A stretch of 24,000 nt of DNA from Candidatus Scotarchaeum otlingeri (GTDB taxonomy: Archaea; Thermoproteota; Nitrososphaeria; Geothermarchaeales; JDFR-13): contig MTMA02000006.1 in assembly GCA_002011075.2 (NCBI GenBank), positions 69,842 through 93,841 on the forward strand. The letters are read 5' to 3'. The position numbers and the translations under genes were made by a program. The notes beneath the pieces are model-generated. The model was given only the letters and a program-made list of their open reading frames with translations, did no database searches and had not been told where the DNA came from. Of this stretch, positions 17,547 to 24,000 are shown in pieces; position 1 is the stretch's first letter; the number at the start of each line of letters is the position of its first letter.

Positions 17547-18134
17547 ATGGATAAAGGTGTTTACCTTGCCAGTGTGCTTTTCTTATTACTAGGTATAATA
17601 GGCATATGGTTCTCATACTTTTCTGGTCTGTCCGAGACATTATCAGAAATGGGAGGCATATCAATACTGGTCTTGATATTGGGCATCATGATACTTCCCA
17701 TTGGACTACTAAAAGGAGGCAGACCAACATCAAAAGAGCTCATACCCATCGGATTAACCCTGTTATTAGCATTAGCATTGATCGGTAATCCAATGATATT
17801 TTTTAATAAAGAGCCAGTAATCGATGAAACTGGAAGAACAATAACTATACATTTAGTATCAGAGGAGTGGGCATTTAATAAAACCAATCCTACGATAAAG
17901 GTTCAATTAGGAGACCGTGTACATATTATTCTTTTCAATAATGGTACGGTTCCCCACGACTTTGCCATACCCGGATTATCGGAAGAGAAAACAGGTATAA
18001 TTTCGCCTCAGGCAACAGGAGAATTAGAGTTTATAGTAAGTAAGACCGGAAATTTCGAATATATATGTTCTATACCAGGGCATGCCGAGTTAGGCATGCG
18101 AGGGAAATTTATAGTGGAATCTCCTCAGGAATAA
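17547..18134 (+). CDS. Membrane-anchored cupredoxin (type-1 copper domain)
   Basis: Three N-terminal hydrophobic segments, then a cupredoxin domain with ligands in VPHDFAIPG...YICSIPGHAELGMRGKFIV (H, C, H, M). GTG at 17538 or ATG at 17547; AAAGGGTGA precedes the ATG. Confidence 0.88.
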   Translation: MDKGVYLASVLFLLLGIIGIWFSYFSGLSETLSEMGGISILVLILGIMILPIGLLKGGRPTSKELIPIGLTLLLALALIGNPMIFFNKEPVIDETGRTITIHLVSEEWAFNKTNPTIKVQLGDRVHIILFNNGTVPHDFAIPGLSEEKTGIISPQATGELEFIVSKTGNFEYICSIPGHAELGMRGKFIVESPQE

Positions 18135-18213
18135 TCAACTTAAAAAACAGAATATAGAAATTAAATTTATAAGAGTTTACGAAACTACTAGACAGACTTA
18201 GAACCTTTGTTAT

Positions 18214-18304
18214 TGGAGCCCCCGCTGGGATTCGAACCCAGGATCTGCGGCTTTCCCAGGTATATTTACGAGGCCGCCGCGCTAACCAACTACGCTACGG
18301 GGGC
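18214..18304 (-). tRNA. tRNA-Thr(CGT) with 14-nt intron at 37/38; 3' CCA encoded
   Basis: Minus strand GCCCCCG pairs with CGGGGGC, then T73 and CCA. D stem GCG/CGC. Anticodon arm GCGGC-CTCGTA-[AATATACCTGGGAA]-A-GCCGC. T arm CTGGG-TTCGAAT-CCCAG. Intron at 18253-18266. Confidence 0.93.
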
Positions 18305-18453
18305 TTTAATCCCAGAGCTACTAATAAAAATATTATCAAATGCAGTTCTAATTTAAGATTTATTGTGTTACTTGAGAATAAGACTAATAATAGAATCAAG
18401 ACATGCTTGAACGATAACTTTAAGGAGACAAAATAATATTATATTATTATTGT

Positions 18454-19044
18454 ATGCCAGTTACTAATGAAGTATGGAAAACACTAAAAGCATTGCATAT
18501 GTATATAGGAGTTATTGCGGCAATAGGGGCATGGATAGTAATATTTATATGCATATCAATAAATCCTTGGTTTGTATTCACACGTGATGCATTCAGCGAT
18601 TTAGGGGCTCCATCGGCTAATAATCCTTGGCTATATAATTATGGCATGATTATCATCGGCTTGTTAATTATGGTTTATTCATTAAGACAGATTATAGACT
18701 CACAAAATAAAATAGAGACTGTAGGTGCAACCTTTCTATTTACAGCTGGTATTTTTCTGATATTAATAGGTATGTATCCGGCTGGAACCCGCCCCCACAA
18801 CTTTGTATCGACTTGGTTTTTTGTTCAAGCTGATATGGCTATATTAGCATGGGGAATAGGGTTATTAGCTAGGAAATGGAAAGACTTGGGTGTCTTATTT
18901 ACCCTAATGGGAACATTAGGGCCGATAATTGCTGCACTGATAGACTGGCCTTCAGCAGCAACTATTGAAACATACGGAATAATAATAATTGATATCTGGG
19001 TAATACTAATGCTAAAGGTACATAAAACAGAAATATTCAGGTAA
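18454..19044 (+). CDS. DUF998-like integral membrane protein
   Basis: Six hydrophobic segments with FTRDAFSDLGAP and GMYPAGTRPHNFVSTWFF. Confidence 0.7.
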   Translation: MPVTNEVWKTLKALHMYIGVIAAIGAWIVIFICISINPWFVFTRDAFSDLGAPSANNPWLYNYGMIIIGLLIMVYSLRQIIDSQNKIETVGATFLFTAGIFLILIGMYPAGTRPHNFVSTWFFVQADMAILAWGIGLLARKWKDLGVLFTLMGTLGPIIAALIDWPSAATIETYGIIIIDIWVILMLKVHKTEIFR

Positions 19045-19055
19045 AAAGAATCACA

Positions 19056-19190
19056 CTACCTTGTCTCCCTGGCCACATTAAGTGACTGCTCATATAACGC
19101 CGCCCATCTACAGTATACTTCATCATAACCTTCTATATAATATGGGCAATCACTACCACAATCTAGGCAAAAACACCTACTTTTTTCCAT
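19056..19190 (-). CDS. Putative 44-aa Cys-rich small protein, absent from the supplied ORF track
   Basis: ATG (19188-19190) to TAG (19056-19058). Translation MEKSRCFCLDCGSDCPYYIEGYDEVYCRWAALYEQSLNVARETR, with five Cys. Confidence 0.45.
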   Translation of the reverse strand: MEKSRCFCLDCGSDCPYYIEGYDEVYCRWAALYEQSLNVARETR

Positions 19191-19354
19191 AAATATACTC
19201 AACTCCGGACTTATACCATAAATTTAAGTATAAAATATTACTTAAGTATTAAGGTATTATGAATGTAATATAACGTATATTCGATACACTTTAATAATAC
19301 TTATTGACATATAGAGACACGAGTTAAAATAATATTATATTATGGTGACGTAAA

Positions 19355-19879
19355 TTGAAGGTAGCCGTCGGATCCACTAACCCAGTAAAGATATCCGCTA
19401 CAAAGAATGTATTCAAACAAGTCTATGGGCTATTAGCAGAGATAATCTCTGTGGAGGTGGACCCCGGCGTGTCTCACACACCTTTCGGTGAAGATCAGAT
19501 AGTTAAAGGCGCTATAAACAGAGCTATTAAAGCTATTAGAAGTACTAATGCCGAATTCGGTGTTGGAATGGAGGGAGGTATAGTAGAGAAATTCGGGAAG
19601 TACTTCTTGACAGGATGGTGTGCTATAGTAGATAAAAATGGATATATATCTTTAGCTTCTAGTGTCTATTTGCCGCTACCTAAAAAATTTGTTGATGTTG
19701 TTAAGCAGGGTAAAGAACTTGGCCTTGTTTTAGAAGAATATACCGGAATAAAAGATATAAAGAAAAAGGAAGGCGCTATAGGTGTGCTTACCTCTGGATA
19801 TAAAGACAGATTATCGGCTTGGGAATCTGCCTTAATATATGCTCTATCCATAAAGCTTAGGCCAGATATATATAGATAA
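19355..19879 (+). CDS. Inosine/xanthosine triphosphatase-like NTPase
   Basis: MKVAVGSTNPVKISATKNVF, GVSHTPFGEDQIVKGAINRA, FGVGMEGGI, EGAIGVLTSGYKDRLSAWESAL. TTG start preceded by GGTGA. Confidence 0.88.
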   Translation: MKVAVGSTNPVKISATKNVFKQVYGLLAEIISVEVDPGVSHTPFGEDQIVKGAINRAIKAIRSTNAEFGVGMEGGIVEKFGKYFLTGWCAIVDKNGYISLASSVYLPLPKKFVDVVKQGKELGLVLEEYTGIKDIKKKEGAIGVLTSGYKDRLSAWESALIYALSIKLRPDIYR

Positions 19880-19990
19880 AGAGTGCGATATGGAAGTCTA
19901 TGTACTATAGTATCATTTAAAGACTTAAATAAGTACTACATGCTTCTTTATAGACTTTCATTATCTCTATTTATTAGTAGGGATACAAGC

Positions 19991-20491
19991 ATGATTAAGG
20001 CTATCTCTCTAAGACCTATAGGTTATGTAGTTAAAGGCATTCCCAAGAAGAGTAAAAATAATAAAATCTCGAAGTACAAATATGAATCATCAATCAAAAT
20101 ATACAACGAGTATATCGCTGGATTAGAGGGATTAAATGAATATTCACATATTATAATAGTCTATTATCTTCATTTAGCGGAATTCAAACGATTAAAAGGC
20201 AGACCGTGGGGACGAAAAGATATGCCGGAAGTAGGGATATTTGCCACCCGGGCGCCTCATAGACCTAATAGTATCGGTGTTACAGTCTGTGAATTATTGG
20301 AGGTCATGCCTCCTTATATCCGAGTTAGAGGATTAGACGCTTGGGATAACACCCCTATTATCGACATTAAACCATATGATTATTATGATATAGTGAAGAA
20401 TCCCCGTGTTCCATCTTGGTTCATAAAATATTGGAGTGAAAAAAGTAAAGAGAGGAATTATAGAGGGATAGCCCCATGGTTGGGGCCATAA
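19991..20491 (+). CDS. trmO: TrmO/TsaA-family tRNA (t6A37) N6-methyltransferase
   Basis: RPIGYV, GLEGLNEYSHIIIVYYLH, PEVGIFATRAPHRPNSIGVTVCELLEV, GLDAWDNTPIIDIKPY. The ATG at 19991 is preferred over the track start at 19883. Confidence 0.88.
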   Translation: MIKAISLRPIGYVVKGIPKKSKNNKISKYKYESSIKIYNEYIAGLEGLNEYSHIIIVYYLHLAEFKRLKGRPWGRKDMPEVGIFATRAPHRPNSIGVTVCELLEVMPPYIRVRGLDAWDNTPIIDIKPYDYYDIVKNPRVPSWFIKYWSEKSKERNYRGIAPWLGP

Positions 20492-20657
20492 GAATAAGTC
20501 CTACTATACAGAGTGCCAAAAAATTTCTATAGTTCACCTGTTTATTGATCTGAAAGAATAAATTGCTAGATTATTAATATTATAATTAACACTTGATACT
20601 ATAATAACGGGATAAAAAGACCCTTAATGATATTAGGTATCTGGTACGGGGAACTAC

Positions 20658-21863
20658 ATGTATAGCCAGGTATACAGTGGTAGGGAACTACTCGACCAAC
20701 TCATCAAAATCCATTTTATTATAAATATAATTATGGGTTTTATCTGGAGTATATATGCCCCATTTCTAAAACAACAAGGCTTTACGGGTTTAGAATATGG
20801 AATCGTTGCAAGCGTTTCAATAGTAACCTCCCTCATAGGAACTCTCTTCATAGGATGGCTAGTTGATAGATATGGATCAAGTAAAATAATATCAATAAAT
20901 CTCCTCCTATACACCTTATCAATATTCATACTATCCCTAGGAGGCTTCATGAACACCTTATATTCTTCTATATTAGCAGGATTAGCCTCTTCTTATTGGA
21001 TAGCATTAACTACATTAACCAGTAGGAGCGTTGTAGACACCGATTTAGATAAGGCCTTTACATATACAAGGTCATCATCATTATTCGGTTCTTCCATTGG
21101 CAGTTTTTTAGGCTGGCTGCCTGTGCTGATCACCAATTATATAAATAAACCAATAATAACGTCGTATAGGGCAGCTATAGCTCTATCTAGCATATTAATT
21201 ATCCCTATCTCATTATACAGTCTTAGGCTAAGGGAAGATTTGGCTGTAGTGGAGGAGGAGAAAGAAGAAAGGATAAGTATAGATCGAAGGTTAATGAAAA
21301 CTTTCCTGAAACTGAGTATAATACAAATAATAATAGGCTTTGGTGCGGCCCTTTCAATACATAACATAGACTATTATTTTGTTCTTAAATATGCTGTCTC
21401 GAGTGGTGAATTGGGTTCTGCATTTGGAATAGAAAATTTTTTCTTAGCTCTATTAATGTTATACATGCCCAGATTCTCAAAAAAGGTAGGGGGCCCATTG
21501 AAGGCGTATCTTTTCGCTACATCTCCAAGTATACCACTGATTATAGCTATTACTCTTACTAATCACTATGGAATCGCAGTAGGCCTTTTTATCGCCAGGA
21601 CGATACTAATGAATGTTTCAAGCCCATTATATGAAGCTTTCCAAATGTCACTTCTCCCAATAAGTTATCGGGGACGAGGATCCGCAATATTATCATTAGC
21701 ATGGACGTTGCCTACAAGTATAGCAAGAGGAATAGGAGGATATCTCCTAGATATAAATATAGAATTACCACTCAGACTTACAGCTATATTATATACGTCG
21801 GCTCTAGCATTACTAGCTGTGCTTTTTCCAGAACACTTTAAAAGCAGAGAGAGCCTAGGCTAA
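20658..21863 (+). CDS. MFS-family transporter
   Basis: About twelve hydrophobic segments and the loop 2-3 motif GWLVDRYGSSKIISI. Confidence 0.82.
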   Translation: MYSQVYSGRELLDQLIKIHFIINIIMGFIWSIYAPFLKQQGFTGLEYGIVASVSIVTSLIGTLFIGWLVDRYGSSKIISINLLLYTLSIFILSLGGFMNTLYSSILAGLASSYWIALTTLTSRSVVDTDLDKAFTYTRSSSLFGSSIGSFLGWLPVLITNYINKPIITSYRAAIALSSILIIPISLYSLRLREDLAVVEEEKEERISIDRRLMKTFLKLSIIQIIIGFGAALSIHNIDYYFVLKYAVSSGELGSAFGIENFFLALLMLYMPRFSKKVGGPLKAYLFATSPSIPLIIAITLTNHYGIAVGLFIARTILMNVSSPLYEAFQMSLLPISYRGRGSAILSLAWTLPTSIARGIGGYLLDINIELPLRLTAILYTSALALLAVLFPEHFKSRESLG

Positions 21864-21977
21864 TATGACGTTTATCATTACAATAAAATATATAGCCTTA
21901 CACAGAAGTATAATCTATAGTTTGCTGATAATTACGAAGCAATATACCATGTTAATTTATTATAAAAATTTTGAGAT

Positions 21978-22568
21978 ATGTTTCTAAATAGCTTAAGCTG
22001 GGATCTTGCATATTTGATATGGCCTCCCTGGAACGTAAGTAGGCCTCCAAAGGAACTTGTTGAGGCAATTAATAGAGCTATTATATTTCCCGAGAGAAGT
22101 ATCGACCTTGGTTGTGGAAGAGGATATATAGTAGAGTATCTAGCTAAGTTAGGTATAGAGGCGTGGGGTATCGATATTTCCGCAATAGCTATTCGACAAG
22201 CATTAGCTAGAATAAATAAGAATAGTATAAACGCCAAATTTGTTAGAGGAGACATATTCGAATTTAAGCCACGTGAGTATTACGATTTAGTAACAGATAA
22301 AGGTTGTTATCATTCACTACCTCTAATCAAACGTCTTATTTATCCTTCTCTTATACGGAGTAGATATCTAAAAGTGGGAGGTGATTTATTGATGTGGGTC
22401 ATAAGTGACGAAGAACCTGATTGGGGCGGGCCTAATAGAATATCAATAAGTGAAATTAAGAGAAATTTCACTGAGAGATGGTTCAAACTAAAGGCATTTA
22501 AAAGAATTAGATGGGATGCCTTTAAATCTCCATATGGATATTTTATTTGGCTTAAGAGAAGCGAATAG
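21978..22568 (+). CDS. Class I SAM-dependent methyltransferase
   Basis: SIDLGCGRGYIVEYLAKLGIEAWGIDIS motif I, FVRGDIFEF, YDLVTDKGCYHSLP. Confidence 0.85.
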   Translation: MFLNSLSWDLAYLIWPPWNVSRPPKELVEAINRAIIFPERSIDLGCGRGYIVEYLAKLGIEAWGIDISAIAIRQALARINKNSINAKFVRGDIFEFKPREYYDLVTDKGCYHSLPLIKRLIYPSLIRSRYLKVGGDLLMWVISDEEPDWGGPNRISISEIKRNFTERWFKLKAFKRIRWDAFKSPYGYFIWLKRSE

Positions 22569-22629
22569 AAAAGTAAAGAGATTATTCATTATCTATATAG
22601 AGTAAAATGTAGGGTTTTGGTAGATACAA

Positions 22630-23265
22630 ATGGGAAAGGAACATCATAAAATTAAGATATTAGATGTAACAAGAGACGAGTATTATAGTGATTATTATCT
22701 ATATAGATGTCTCTCACCTATGCCTTTTAGAATATATAAGAGAAGAAAAGATTATTTAGAGAAAGCGATACCAGCTGGCTTCCATAAAAAAATACTGTTT
22801 CTTAATGGAGATGCTGTAGGTCAGATCGAATATGGCCCCCCAGAGGCATCTCCTTACCCCATATTTGGCGATAATATAATAGTAATGAATTGTATCTGGG
22901 TGCTTAGAAGAGCTAAAGGTTATAATTTAGGTAAATTACTGATCAAAGATATGGTGGATAGTGAATCGTGGGCCGAAAGCATTGCTACGATTGGTCTGAA
23001 AAACCATTGGAGCGGATGGTTGAAGAAAGAGCATATGGAGATGCTGGGTTTTAAATCTATAGATTTTATTAAAGTTAGACATAAATATAAACATCAAGAA
23101 AGACCATTTGAACTACATCTTATGTGGCTACGCATTAAGATAAATGCTGAATTACCGAAATGGAGAAAAGAAAACATGATGAAAGGCGTACTTTCTTGTA
23201 TGGCCCATCCATTATATAACCCGATAAAATACAAAAACAAGGAGATTTTTGAATTGGCTGAATGA
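22630..23265 (+). CDS. GNAT-like acetyltransferase
   Basis: IIVMNCIWVLRRAKGYNLGKLLIKDMV resembles the acetyl-CoA-binding R/K-G-x-G-x-x-L region; LGFKSID follows. Confidence 0.6.
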   Translation: MGKEHHKIKILDVTRDEYYSDYYLYRCLSPMPFRIYKRRKDYLEKAIPAGFHKKILFLNGDAVGQIEYGPPEASPYPIFGDNIIVMNCIWVLRRAKGYNLGKLLIKDMVDSESWAESIATIGLKNHWSGWLKKEHMEMLGFKSIDFIKVRHKYKHQERPFELHLMWLRIKINAELPKWRKENMMKGVLSCMAHPLYNPIKYKNKEIFELAE

Positions 23266-23368
23266 TAAGAACAATGATTAGACATTGAATCTAATAAAGA
23301 ACCTGTTATTTAAAATTATAACTTTGATAATATTACACTGTAATATATTTATTAGGGTCTAGGAGTTG

Positions 23369-23893
23369 GTGAAACACAAGTCACTCGAACTAAAAATTAA
23401 TATATTCTTAATATTGATACTTTTGGCTATTATCATGTTTAACCCTGGTATAAATAGTATAAGCCGGGCCTTCGATCTCAACCCAGAACATATTTTTAAA
23501 GCTATAGAGGTACCAGAGCTCTTCTTTAGAAATATGGAGGTATATGCATTTTCCGATGATACCCTAATTATCAACGTACATATCGAATATAGGGGTACCC
23601 ATAATATCTTAATTAAGAATTTTAGCGGGACTATATATAACCCTATCAATAACACATATCTAGCTCGATATCATTTAATCATACCAATCCAGCTAGAAGA
23701 CGGTGAGAATAAGATATCAGTAGTTATAGAAAGTGACCCTAAAAAATTGGCTACTTTACAAGGAGAGATGCTCAAATACGATGAAATCAGATTAGCTGGC
23801 TCTCTTATTTTACAAGTAAACGATGGAGAACTAACGGTTAAAATTGATGTTATTTTTCCTATAGAAATTTGGGTACATAAATCATTAGAATAG
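23369..23893 (+). CDS. Membrane-anchored or secreted hypothetical protein, possible LEA14-like beta-sandwich
   Basis: N-terminal hydrophobic helix INIFLILILLAIIMF followed by a beta-rich extracytoplasmic domain. AGGAG precedes TTG 23366 / GTG 23369. Confidence 0.5.
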   Translation: MKHKSLELKINIFLILILLAIIMFNPGINSISRAFDLNPEHIFKAIEVPELFFRNMEVYAFSDDTLIINVHIEYRGTHNILIKNFSGTIYNPINNTYLARYHLIIPIQLEDGENKISVVIESDPKKLATLQGEMLKYDEIRLAGSLILQVNDGELTVKIDVIFPIEIWVHKSLE

Positions 23894-24000
23894 CTTGATG
23901 AACATTGGAATCTGAAATTTGTTGTATTACATTATTGTATAATAGAGTATTTAATATTACTAACATTGAAGAACCTGATACGCATAATTAGTGGAAAGTC

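Noticed and set aside
17561-17887. Antisense 108-aa ORF and 60-aa overlapping ORF over the cupredoxin gene
   Set aside because: They lie within a clearly coding gene with a conserved copper site, and neither shows family motifs.
19355-20491. Functional link between the NTPase, TrmO and the nearby tRNA-Thr (A37)
   Set aside because: TrmO does modify t6A37 of ANN-decoding tRNAs, but mere proximity in a housekeeping region is weak evidence of coupling.
20654-20956. Antisense 100-aa ORF over the MFS transporter start
   Set aside because: It overlaps the N-terminus of a supported membrane protein and has no motif.
1-24000. CRISPR arrays, transposases, toxin-antitoxin or defence systems
   Set aside because: No regularly spaced repeats, IS-like inverted repeats, or recognisable Cas, recombinase or toxin motifs were seen on either strand.

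Overview
This 24 kb window is an AT-rich archaeal chromosomal segment made up mostly of housekeeping genes. It contains the 3' part of valS (the window starts inside the gene) and genes for aRF1, UMP kinase, a Dcd-type deaminase, HisS, a UbiA-family prenyltransferase, an EndA-like tRNA-splicing endonuclease subunit, MtnA, a class II aldolase, a phosphohexomutase, ThiL, an inosine/xanthosine triphosphatase-like protein, TrmO, an MFS transporter, a methyltransferase and a GNAT protein. I see no CRISPR array, transposase, prophage or defence island. The parts most worth a second look are: (i) three tRNA genes interrupted in the anticodon loop, two of which (Leu, Arg) appear to carry a second, non-canonical intron, near an EndA-like protein that seems to lack the catalytic His; (ii) a Rieske / b6-type cytochrome b / membrane-anchored type-1 copper protein cluster with no cytochrome c gene; (iii) a NikR-type regulator with all four nickel ligands, divergent from a P1B-type ATPase with a CPS motif in place of CPC; (iv) two small Cys-rich proteins sharing a mini-motif, one of them missing from the supplied ORF track. 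All family names come from reading motifs in the sequence. No database search was run.
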